Shown piece by piece: positions 9,124 to 20,387 of a stretch of 26,166 nt of DNA. Source of the DNA: Macrostomum lignano (taxonomy: Eukaryota); NCBI GenBank assembly GCA_002269645.1, contig NIVC01002922.1:1-26166 (forward strand), in the 5' to 3' direction. The position numbers were made by a program, and so were the translations under genes. How positions within the stretch are numbered: the stretch's first letter is position 1; every line of letters begins with the position of its first letter. The notes beneath the pieces were generated by a model. The model worked only from the letters and a program-made list of their open reading frames with translations, did no database searches and had not been told where the DNA came from.

Positions 9124-10655
9124 TATGACAGTGCCGAGCAGGGCTGCAACTATAGGCAACGTAAACTGCCTAAATTCAATACAATCATCAGTATATCTCA
9201 TAATTAGTCTCTACTGAAGTTGTTAGGCTGCGCTACAATGAGGCCCCCAGCTGTGATTCAGCTTGAGTATCTTAAAATTTATCGGTTACTTTCGAAATTG
9301 CGCCACTTGGCTCATTACCGTATAGGAAAGCTCGAATAAATGTGCAAAAAATAAACTTGCAAAGCTCGGTTTGATTTGGTATAATTCAAGGCTGCGAATT
9401 TCCGCTCAGATAACTTATTTGAATCATTCGAATTAATGGACAGATGATGTTCGAAAAAGGCGTGTGTGGACAAATCGACTAAACGATTTCCCTTTTGTGC
9501 CGTCATTTAAGTTTCTTCCATAGACAATGAAGGCGTGGGGTGTAGAGGGATGAGTGAGTGGTTTTTGCCATAGACAGCTTGCGCTGTTGCACGTTTTTGT
9601 GGTGAAGGGAATTAAAAATCAAATAATTTAATTTGAGTTTCAATGGTAAAGACAGGCATTAGTAAAGATCAAATCGTTAGTCAATGGGAAAATCAATGTG
9701 GGACTCGAACAGAAGGTAATCTGCTAAGGTAATGATTAGGTATAGGATAAAACATTATTTTTGAGGGAGCTATTTGTATAGAAATGAAAAAAGCTACCGA
9801 AAAAGACACGTTTATCTCATATCAAACATAGACGTAAAGATTTACGAGATTTACGAGAGTCTTTCAAAGTCTTGAAAGTCTTTAAAGCAATCCAGTTTCC
9901 GTAAGTAATTACGGTTTGTTATAGAATTGAAAGCATAGACGGGTCTCATCCACTGATAAAATTTTACATAATAGAACCAGAAGACAGGCAAAACCTGCTT
10001 CTGAAGTGCGCTCTCAAGAGATTGTGCACGAATAGAGTTTAATCATGCAATTATAGACTTGTCTAATCCTGTCTCAGAGATTGACAGGCAAATCCTAAGT
10101 CTGTCCCTTCTACAAAAACAGCAATTATTGTCTCATTAAACGGCGCAGCGAAGGACAGAAAGAGAGCACAGCCCCGCTTGCGCTTGTTTACCCGCTTTCA
10201 CTGTTGCTGCCCCAGCAATATATGCCCTGCCTGTCGTTATGAAAGCTTATTAGAGCTACAGGCCTGGAGTGTAGCGATAAAACTAAAATCCGTTGGTTGT
10301 CAGCCACGGAGAGAAAAATCTGGGTCGCACAGCAAGAAACCATCGCAGTGGCATTATTAGGCAGGGGCCAGAGGGAGGGGAGGCAGCGAGAAAGCGCTAC
10401 TCTGACCCTCGCTGAGGCTCGCTTGCCAGCTAGTACGAGTAGAGCTGAGCAGACTCGCATTAGCAGCACGATTATGCAGATAAGGAGCACTGCATCAAAA
10501 AACAATGAGTTGTTGCGCTAAATTGTGCTTGTATTAGGCTCGTATAGAGATGCTTAGATGAGTACAGCAAGGGACTTTTATGCTAGAACCGACAACGTTT
10601 AACTAAATCTCAGCTGGTCTTAATTCAACTCATACTTGCAGCATTCCTTGTATAG

Positions 10656-10796
10656 AAAGAGAGACAGACAGACAAGGACCGACCAGAGTGTTTACTGCAT
10701 GGCAAAAGAGTAACCCGAGACCCAGACAAACTGGTCGAAAAAGAAACGAATGTCAGGGGGGCTTGTACGAACTATACTATTCTATTGAACACGAGG
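10656..10796 (+). CDS. Candidate upstream exon of the 11449-12776 gene
   Basis: tatag| acceptor and |gtgaga donor. Open frame ERETDRQGPTRVFTAWQKSNPRPRQTGRKRNECQGGLYELYYSIEHE ends in phase 1, matching the phase-1 acceptor at 11448. No homology support. Confidence 0.25.
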
Positions 10797-11448
10797 GTGA
10801 GAAAAAATCTACCGAAAAGATACAATACTATTGGTTTACGAATAACACACACCCGTCAATTCCTAGAAAGAAAGCTAAGAATCGTAATACATATATAAAC
10901 TTTTTCTGCCAAGGAGTTGAAACAGACAGTCACTAAACTTTCGCAACATCACAGAACACAGAATTGAGATCAGTGCGTTAATTAACCTGGCTTCAACACT
11001 GGAATTCTATCGAATCGGCAAATGACAACGGGTAGGTGAAACGTGTTTACAATGGTCCAACTGCACCAGTGGTCGTTCTGATCTGATAGAATACGATATA
11101 ATTGAAATAGGCCTTACCCACTGCAAGATGGCTAGGTGGTATGCAACAGAACAGCCGTTGCAATAGCGCGGCGCATCCAAAGGCTGCGTACAGTTTTTAC
11201 AGTGCTGAGACTGGGAAGTCGCAACTCCCAGCCTGTATTTATATGAGCTGCTTCTACCGCAGCTCAAATCTGCTATCCTATCACAGCAGAGTAAACTGGA
11301 GCTTAGATTAAGTTGCCACTCGTTCACGGTGGATGCTTTAAGGAATGACAAAAGGCAATTCAGCTTGCATGATAACCATGACAAACTCTGCTTAACAAGT
11401 CCCGATTGCAACAAGACTTAAAAACCTATTTTAACCTTTTAATTGCAG

Positions 11449-12776
11449 AAAGCAGCCAGCGCATATTCCTGACCCAAAGCAGCCGCTCACCATCCGCTGA
11501 GGAGGCGACCACCACGCTGGCTGTGACTCGAACCATGACCACAAGAACAAGCGCCACAACGCCAATGACTACGAGGTCTCGAACGGCAACGGTCGCCGAG
11601 AGTAATGAGCGAATGGCAACGGAGCGTCAGCGCCGAGCTGAGGGCGCGAAACGCCTAGCCAGGCTGGAGCGAGCCAGCAGCGAGTTGGCCACCTACGGCC
11701 GGCGCAGGTTTGAAGCTACAACCGACGAGACAACAGTGCCAGCATCAGCCAGGCAACAAGTCGACGAAATTGGGTCTAAGTGCGGCCTATCGCCATACAC
11801 AACAGTTGTCATGGAGACAGAGACTACGCCGTCGCCGCGCGGTCCAGACAGCGGCGAGAGGCAAGCCGGTCGGATGCGGGCACGTCTAATGAATGAGCTG
11901 AGGCTGCGCCAGCCAGAGCTACCAGTCCGGTTCAGGCACGATCGGACAGCACAAGAGCTGACCCAGGAAGGCTGCCTGACCTCTCGATCTACTCGCATCG
12001 CCGGCGGCTACCCATGGCCAGTGAACTACAAGTACACTCCATTTCCAGAGCCGCGCTTGCAGCGTTGGACTTCGGCCCAGCGACGTCTTACAGCGGAAGC
12101 TATTGCCGCGGCAGAGGAATCGGAGCATGCGAAGGACGCGGGAGCAGACGACAGCATGGCCCAGACTGTGCTAATTGAACTGGCAATTCCGGCGATGTCA
12201 CAGAAATCGCCTTCGCCGACGCATCCGCACGTTGTATTTGATTTGCCAATGGTGACAATGTCGCTGCCGCAGCACCACCCACGCAAAGCAAGCGACAGTC
12301 AGCTGCCGACGACTACGGGCAAATTCACCGGCCTGGCACCGGCGGACAATTCTAGCGTGAAGTGGCAGCGAAGCAAGTCGCAGTCGACGGTGCAGAAGCA
12401 CGCGCCGCACCGATTGCTGTCCGTGTCAACCATTGGCGACGAAGAGCGGTCCAGACGGCAGACCCAGCTGCAGAGACTGGCCCAGGTGTGCAACAGGCTG
12501 AGCAGCCATCGCCAATGCACCAAGGACGGCGCAGCGGAGGCCAGTAAAACGGAGTGCAAGCACAAGACAGATGCTATAGACTATCTAGTGGAGGAAATCG
12601 AGGCGGCCGTGGCCAACGGCGGGCCGCTGTTCCGCACTGGGGCTGAAGAGTCAGACGATCAACTACCGGCACTGGCTTGCCCTGGCTCACTCGCTAAATC
12701 GCGTCAGCACCTGACCCGAAACTGGCTGCGGCAGCACCGCTTCCAAGGAGCTGGACCGTCGGTCATCATTGGCTGA
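11449..12776 (+). CDS. Large terminal exon of an uncharacterised, largely low-complexity/disordered protein (>=413 aa)
   Basis: 1.3-kb GC-rich open frame after the acceptor ttttaattgcag| (11448). First internal ATG at 11535. Thr/Ser/Arg-rich, no recognised domain. Confidence 0.7.
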
Positions 12777-14403
12777 TTCGCGAATCAACCACAAGTCAGT
12801 GTAGCAGCAGTGCGCACGAGCTTACAAAAATTATATTTAGCAGTAGCAAGGCGTCAGCAGCAACCAAGCAATAATGCTCGCTAACGCCTGGTTTGCGCAT
12901 CCATTTGTATAGTACATGCTTATTACTACTGCCTTTTGAGCCGAGCTCTTTAGAACTCGTAAATTTACTAGAAACAAAGCTCCGATCTTTACAGTAGATT
13001 TATGAAGGCATACCAAGCAGTTGTCTTTAATGTTATCCGACTGTCTGCTCGAAAATGTATTCTCGTAATGAATCAAAATGTTGTTTAACTATTAAATTGT
13101 AAAGCTTTGAATGTGGCCTAAGGTACTGCTATATCTCTGCTATACTATTTTTGTGCCCAATATAACACATTAGGTGTGTAGTTCACCAAATCACGATGCA
13201 AAAATCGCGGATTATTGTAAATACATTCATTTAAAACTGCATTAAAATTAATAACATATACACAAACCAATATTCGCACAGGCCATTATGAATTGTTTAT
13301 GCGCCATTTAAAAAAGGAAAATGGAGCAATCCAACAAAATGGTTTAATTTTAAATTTTGCTTCGGCATGCAGCTTCGGAGATGGTCGAGATGCCAATTCT
13401 TCCTCAAAACAGCCAGAAAATTTTTTTGGTACTTTTAACACGACGAGGTTTGGAATTCAAAGCTAGTCTAAGTCATTTGAGTTTTTATTTCTAGGACTCT
13501 TCGGTCGAAAAAATAAAATAGTAAAACAGTAAATAGTATAATAATGGAGTAACTTACTGGATAGCAAAGCTAAGGATTAACAATTTGTTGGCCTAGCATA
13601 CTACTTATGCTACTTACGAGCATAAGTAGAGGGTAAAGAACACAATAAGCTGCCCACGAAACGATTGAGTTACCTACCAATTAGCTAGCTATTAGTGCAG
13701 ATAAATTGTGCTACAGAGAAATGACCCATAACTATTTTATGATATGCAAAATCCTTTACAAAGAAAGTAAATAAATTAAAGTAAACCTTTATTGAAATAA
13801 TCCATGTAGAGAAATTGCCCTTGCGCAAGATTCTATTATTTAAGTTAAAGCAAAACGGCAATAAATAAGTGTTTATGTAACAAACAAATAAAAACAAATA
13901 AGCACAGCAACTGTAAGACTTTGAAGTAATACAAAGCGCTTTATCATTTGAAAAGTGAAAGAAAATGTTGTCGGACAATATTCAATTTCACAATAAGTCA
14001 ATAAAACATAATAGTGCACTCGTGTTTGTCAATTACAAAAACGGCATTACGCAAATAGATAAGTGAGTTGAGTAGTTAATTGAGATCTATCCAGTTACAA
14101 AATTTCCGTGGAGTCACGAGGGATAAATAAATAAACGGTTTACTTTGAACTGTATTAAACAATTTATTGCTGTACTGAGTCGCCAATAATAAAAAAGTTT
14201 CTCTCTCTTTCTTAGTCTGAAAATTCGGGCTGGTCGGTGCAGTAATGCAGTTACGAGCGTAATCGGCACATACTGGACTTTAAGTGAATCCGTCCTTCCT
14301 ATATGCATGTACATGGCGTAGTAGGTTCGGGCCATTAAAACTTTATTTAGCAAATTTTAAATAGCTACGAGTGTACGCAGCCGCGAGTGAGTGAAGCGGT
14401 TAG

Positions 14404-14690
14404 TTTATCGATTTTTTCAACCCTACAGTCCTAGATTTTCTAACCCCGGCTATTGGCTACGCCGCTCTGGCTAGAGGTGGCTGAGGCTTATCGATTTTAT
14501 TATCTGTTTTTTAAACCCCAACCATTAATCTTTTCTAACCTCCGATAGCCGTCATAATGAATGGCTATAGGCTAAGCAGACTTCTAGCCACAACGGCGGC
14601 CTGACTGACTGGGGTAATTGAGGAATATCGATTTTTTTGGTGTTTTCCACCCTAGCCTCTAACCCCGATAACCATGCTAGGCTTATCGGT
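14404..14690. repeat. Degenerate ~85-140 bp repeat units (TATCGATTTTT ... CTAACCCCG)
   Basis: tatcgatttt at ~14406, 14490 and 14626; ctaacc(c/t)cg at 14440, 14535 and 14659; ggcttatcg at 14485 and 14680. Confidence 0.45.
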
Positions 14691-15845
14691 TAACAGACGT
14701 GAACTTTTAATCGTTTTGTTATTAACTACGCTACCCCACTTCACGAAGTGTGTTGATAATACAAGACACGGAATCAAGTTATTTTGTACAACTCCTAGGA
14801 CAGGGCAGGGCCCATACATTATAAAGTAACAAGCTGTAGGTGTAGATTATTAAACTGACAAAAACGATACTGAATTAAAATATAAAGGATACGTTAGTTG
14901 AGAGCAATAAACGCCTGATTAAAATGTCAGGTAAGTGCATTTGCAAAGATTAACGACAGGACAGGGAGATAAAATATTGAAATACACTCAGTACTTGTGA
15001 TTGAATGAACAAACTGTAAAGATGCATAGTTGCGAACTATAAGCAACTGTCAAAACTCTGATGAATGCAGAAATACGAGCAAATACGTACAACTTGGACT
15101 GTCATGCTGATAAGAAAATTGTCATTGAGAAACTGCACACAGAAACACGTGCATGGACTTCCGTCGCTCCCGCCTCAACTCAAAATGCAAGCAAGATCAA
15201 TTTTAATAAAACTCCCTAAACACCAGTATTGATTATTTATTGATAGGTACAAATATATAAATAGATTTTTGGTCTACTAAAAAACTTGAAAACAGCACAA
15301 TAAAGATGTGACAATGTGGACTCTCACCGAGTAGTGCATAGTTGACACACTGCTTGCAGATATAAGACGTTTATAAAAAAATAAACATAAAGCAGTGGAA
15401 AAATCAAGGATTTAGCTTTATATATGTATTATCGTAAGGAATCAAAGAAAATAAACAGGATTGTGGGCGTTGAGTGAGCAACCAGTGGTTTAGTACAACT
15501 TAATACAAAAATATAAGTGATTTGTTTGAAAATAAATCGGCTATATGATGCCTAAATAGTGACAAAAATACGTGTCATATGTGATTATAATAAACACAGG
15601 TAAAGATTAACAAACAGCATGTACAGGTTACAGATACAATGTGACATGCAGAGTTTAGATATGATATATAAATGCTCAGAAGCACACAAAAACAATCTTA
15701 TCGAAAGTTTAGATTATTTTAACTTGGCTGACAGTGATTGTGACAGGAAAAAGTTGCGGGCAGGAAGAAGGGCTATTATATACATGCGCACAAAAAAGTA
15801 CACAGCTGGTCATGCAATCGAGACTAAGATAAGCGGCGTCACGAA

Positions 15846-18800
15846 TCACTTAACAGCCCAAGAGCAGGTGGGATTAATCTTGAGCAGGTAATAAATCTGT
15901 GTGTTACCGGGCAGCCGGCGCTCATTGATGTTGCCGCCAACCTCGTACAGGGAGGTGGTGGAGGGGTCGCAGCCCAGCCCGTGAAGAACTTCGGCAGCGG
16001 TGGTGGACGGCGAGATTGGAACCAGCTGGCTGCGGTTGGTGCTGGCCTGGTGAACACTGATGCTTACCTTGGTGAGAGGGGGTGAAGTGGTCAGGTATGG
16101 GAAGTTGCTTGATTAGCGCCGAAGTGTGCAGGAGTGGGCAAGCGGCCTACTTTTACTAAAGGCTGTTAGTGAATTTGGGAGGCTACTGAAGGATCTGAGA
16201 GGCTACTAAAATCTGACGGGCTGTTGAAGGATCTGATGAACAGATAAGTTTAGATCTATTTATAGATCAAAAAGGGGTCACTAAAAACAGGGGATTAGAT
16301 TACTGAATTAGGATCAGATAAGACAGCTGATGTATTGGATGGGGCAGCTGAAGTATCGGATGAGACAGCTGAAGTATCGGATGGGACAGCTGAAGTATCG
16401 GATGGGACAGCTGAAGTATCGGAAGGGACAGCTGGAGTATTGGATGGGACAGCTGAAGTATCGGAAGGGACAGCTGGAGTATCGGATGGGACAGCTGAAG
16501 TATCGGAGGGACAGCTGAAGTATCGGATGGGACAGCTGAAGTATCGGATGGGACAGCTGAAGTATCGGAGGGACAGCTGAAGTATCGGATGGGACAGCTG
16601 AAGTATCGGATGGGACAGCTGAAGTATCGGATGGGACAGCTGAAGTATCGGATGGACAGCTGAAGTATCGGATGGGACAGCTGAAGTATCGGATGGACAG
16701 CTGAAGTATCGGATGGGACAGCTGAAGTATCGGATGGACAGCTGAAGTATCGGAGGGACAGCTGAAGTATCGGATGGACAGCTGAAGTATCGGATGGGAC
16801 AGCTGAAGTATCGGATGGGACAGCTGAAGTATCGGATGGGACAGCTGAAGTATCGGATGGGACAGCTGAAGTATCGGAGGGACAGCTGAAGTATCGGATG
16901 GACAGCTGAAGTATCGGATGGGACAGCTGAAGTATCGGATGGGACAGCTGAAGTATCGGATGGACAGCTGAAGTATCGGATGGGACAGCTGAAGTATCGG
17001 ATGGGACAACATGCGACAACTCACCTGCTGGTTTTGGATCGATGTCGCAGAAGTTGAGCTGTTAAACACCGGACTGTCAACAACTGCAGCTGCCAGAGAG
17101 GATACGGGCGTTTTTGCTGCAGCAGCAGCTGCCTGCTTGCGCAACAGTTTGGCCGCCTTCTTGGCGCTGCCGCCGCCGCTGGTGCTGGCAAGCTGGCTTA
17201 ATTTATTAGGCGGCTCGCGCAACTGTTTAATTAGAAACTCTGGCACGCTCCACACTATGGTGCGATATTTAATGAGCATCTCAACTAATCCGATTAGATT
17301 GCCAGTCTCAGCCAACAGATTGGCGCCTTCTCGTTGCGCTTTCTTCGAAGATTGAATGGCGAATAAATTTGGCGCCATGACGGTTGCTATGGCTTTCAGA
17401 TTCATTCGATTGTGCTTGTGCTGCTCGATTACCTGACAGAGGGTGAATTGTGTGTGGGAGATCGAATATCATACTGATTAAGCTGAAGCTCAACTTACAC
17501 AGGACTTCGCGCCGATGGGCTAGGGAGGAGCGGGTAAGATAGAGAATAGCTGGGGCAGGGAGTAGGGAGAGAATAGCTGGGGCAGGGGGTAAGGGAGAGA
17601 ATAGCTGGGGCAGGGGTAAGGGAGAGAATAGCTGGGGCAGGGGTAAGGAAGAGAATAGCTGGGGCAGGGGTAAGGGAGAGAATAGCTGGGGCAGGGGTAA
17701 GGGAGAGAATAGCTGGGGCAGGGGGTAAGGGAGAGAATAGCTGGGGCAGGGGGTAAGGGAGAGAATAGCTGGGGCAGGGGGTAAGGGAGAGAATAGCTGG
17801 GGCAGGGGGTAAGGGAGAGAAAACAGGCAAAGAAAACTTGGGGTGGTTGAATATAGAGACCCAATTTCAAATCACGATATGTGGAAAAAAACTCTACACT
17901 AAACTTAGGGTTGAAAAAAAACAATCAAGAAATGCGCAAATCATTTTCATGAGACAGACGCGCACCTTAGCAAACAAGTCGACCATCAGGCGCAGCGTGC
18001 TACAATTAGGCGTTGGCAACAGCAGCACAAGCAGATTAAGGCCTAACAATCTGTCCATATCGTGCTGAATACAGCGCAGTTTTAAATAGAAATCTGCATA
18101 GGCTGTTGAAGTCAGCGGCTCGGGCAGCTCACGCAGGAAGGCCTTCAACAGGCCGGCTAGGTCGTGCCAGTCAGCGGTCAGACGCTGATGCTGCTGCTCG
18201 GTGTCGGCCATCAGCGCCTTGATGCCGGCTGACTCGGCCCGCTCCCTGGCCTGGCGGATTCTCTGCAGCGAGCCGGGGACGCGGAACAGGCCTTCGGTGC
18301 GCAGCGCTTCCGGCCGTTCAAGCTGACCGACAATCCAGCGGACCAGCTGAGGCACCCCGTCGCTACTGGAGCTGCCGCTCTCCTTAGCAACCAGCTGGTC
18401 AAGCGGCACGCCGAAACAGCTGGCAACAACAGAGCGCCGCGAAGCCGACCGGCCGCGTGACGACGGCTTCCTAAACGCCGGATCGCAGTCGTATTTATCG
18501 AACAGGGCGGCCAGCTCCAGGTGGGCCAGAGCTCGAATCTGCTGCCTATCTGGCTCGCTGAAATCGAATATGCTGGCATTGCCCAGGCGGTTGTTGGGCA
18601 GTACGAAGGTCGGGTATTGCTCAAGGCCCGACGTGGCAACAGGTGTAGCACCGCTGCTGCTTACAGATGGAGCCTGTGAGGAGAGGACAGAGAAAAACAG
18701 TGATACGAGTAGTAGCGTGTGGTCCGTGTGGAATTAAAACAATTTTTGAAGGCCGATCGATTGTAATTTGTCAAATTGAAATAATAAAAGATGACAATAA

Positions 18801-19524
18801 AATAAGCCCCTGATCCTCTGGCAAGGCGGCCAGGTGTGACAGACAGCGACACGGTCTGTATGATAATTACCTGATCTGCGTGTAGTGGCGTTGCCCCGGC
18901 AACAGGCGCTGCAGTTCGTCCCGTCACTTGCAGCAGATCGTCCTCCGAGTCGCCGGTGTCCTCCGATCCGGTGTCCGCGTCGGCAACGCCCGAAGTTGCC
19001 GCTGCTGTCCCGGCGACCCCAGCCTCGCTGAACAGCTGTCTAACATCCTGCCTAGAGGCCAGGCCTCGTTTAGCTTTCAAAGTAGCGATCCGCTTCATCA
19101 CGGCATTGAGCTGCTTCCTGCTCATTCTTTGATAGTGCGCGTCTAGTGCCGAATCTGCGGCGCTTAAATCGGCCCCAGCTTGATGATCGCCGATGGCGTT
19201 TGACGATGCCGTCGACGCTGACTCGGTCGACGTTGACATTGGCGACGATTGCAATAGTCGGCGAGCGATGTCGGCCAGCAGCGGTGAGCCGGTCTGTTCG
19301 AGCCAGTCCGCCGCGCTCTCGGCTTCGTCCGGGGTGCGCGAGTCCAGCTCATCATCGTCAGACTGGTAGCCGGCACCGTTGCGCCAGCTGCGGACGGCCG
19401 CAAGCTCGGCCGCGAACTCGCCGCTGCTACTGCTCGGCTCGCTGCACAGGCCGCTGTCGGCGCCGCCGCCGCCGCCGCCGCCGTTTTGGCTGCCGTTTTT
19501 GCCCAGTTGCTGTGCCTTGGCAGC
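15846..19524 (-). CDS. ARHGAP18: Rho GTPase-activating protein, ARHGAP18/28/40 (Conundrum) family, 4 exons, ~663 aa
   Basis: Exons 19524-18871, 18673-17966, 17432-17025 and 16067-15846, all phase 0. Family motifs: PDEAESAADWLEQTG, RKQLNAVMKRIATL..DVRQLF, LAHLELAALFD, FGVPLDQL, arginine finger EGLFRVPG, NRMNLKAIATVMAPNLF and C-terminal LYEVGGNINERRL...INPTCSWAVK. Start codon unresolved (see findings). The symbol is family-level; the exact paralogue cannot be assigned. Confidence 0.88.
16322..17007. repeat. 20/21-bp minisatellite (GGGACAGCTGAAGTATCGGAT), ~33 copies, in the last RhoGAP intron
   Basis: Direct inspection. Confidence 0.95.
17532..17820. repeat. 28/29-bp G-rich minisatellite (GGGGTAAGGGAGAGAATAGCTGGGGCAG), ~10 copies, in RhoGAP intron 2
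   Basis: Direct inspection. Confidence 0.95.
19462..19483 (-). repeat. (GGC)n encoding poly-Gly in RhoGAP exon 1
   Basis: gccgccgcc run on the + strand; reads NGGGGGGGA in the RhoGAP frame. Confidence 0.8.
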
Positions 19525-19590
19525 CTATAGGCGGGGGGGAGTTAACGAGCATAGTAGCTGGGCCTGTGCCTGAACTGAACGTTAAAAAGT

Positions 19591-19839
19591 AATCTACGCT
19601 ACATATCGGTAGCTGATCTAGTCTGGGTAAGACTCTACCACCCGTCAATTCTTCTAAATCTCTCTTTGAGAACTCCTCCTGAACTCTAAAAGCAATTTAC
19701 GCTACATGTCGGTAGTGGAGCTATTCGGGAAAACTACTTCGTACTATATCCTGATGTCTATCTAGTCAAGGCAGCACTCTTAAGACACTAATTACTAAAG
19801 GATTAAATTACTTAAACAATTTACGCTACATATCGGTAG
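19591..19839. repeat. Three spaced copies of a 22-bp motif AATTTACGCTACATATCGGTAG
   Basis: Copies at 19591-19612, 19694-19715 and 19818-19839; copies 1 and 2 each have one mismatch. Confidence 0.8.
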
Positions 19840-20387
19840 TCAATAATCACATTATATAATAGTTAGACTTTATTTATCAACATAAAATAGGTATATGATC
19901 ATATGATTATACGTAATATATTGACATACAAAGACCGAAAAGAAGATGCCTCATAATACAAGACCAACTTATACCAAATTACAGTATATAAGTAGCCGCA
20001 GCTGGCAGATGCTTGCTTGAAGAGTTTAAAAATGGTGCAGACGAAGATTAAGAGACTCTGTTTTTATATTATAAAGTTTGGATCCCGATAGCTTTAATAA
20101 AACTCAATACAAGTCAGGCGAATTGAAAGCTACTCGAGTATATATATGCTACTAACAATAGCAGTAAATTCCGCGGATCGCATTGAAAAACATTTATATT
20201 AGGCGGCAAAAATAATCTATAACTAACAGAATAAAACCAGTTATATTGAGATTATTGGATATAAGCTGTGAAAATCATAAATTCCATTCCATTAGTAACG
20301 ACAACCAAATTTTAATAATACTGCGAACATCAGAACGGAGATAGAACACAAATATTACTGGAGGTCCTGGGTTCGATTTCTCTCCCC

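Noticed and set aside
9698-9710. B-box-like GTTCGAGTCCCAC on the minus strand
   Set aside because: No A-box or cloverleaf at the right distance.
10188-10521. ORFs on both strands (WD-like ILVLSLHSRPVALISF; SATERKIW...)
   Set aside because: No recognisable family, atypical codon use versus the true exons, and no convincing partner exons.
13357-13380. TTGCTTCGGCA resembling the U6 snRNA 5' hairpin; nearby cUUCGg loops
   Set aside because: The downstream U6 core (ACATATACTAAAATTGG, ACAGAGA) is absent and the stems are 3 bp or less.
12837-15891. Short AT-rich ORFs (12837, 13685, 14114, 15619)
   Set aside because: Composition is unlike real exons here; probably UTR or intergenic.
16300-17924. 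Repetitive ORFs (SHPILQL, DGTAEVS, PAPAILSLT)
   Set aside because: Minisatellite translations within RhoGAP introns; only 17432-17025 is a real exon.
19591-19839. CRISPR array interpretation of the 22-bp spaced repeats
   Set aside because: Eukaryotic context, only three repeats, long unequal spacers and no cas genes. Kept as a regulatory/repeat finding instead.
20361-20380. GAGGTCCTGGGTTCGATTTC tRNA T-arm look-alike
   Set aside because: No upstream A-box/D-arm or acceptor stem pairing.
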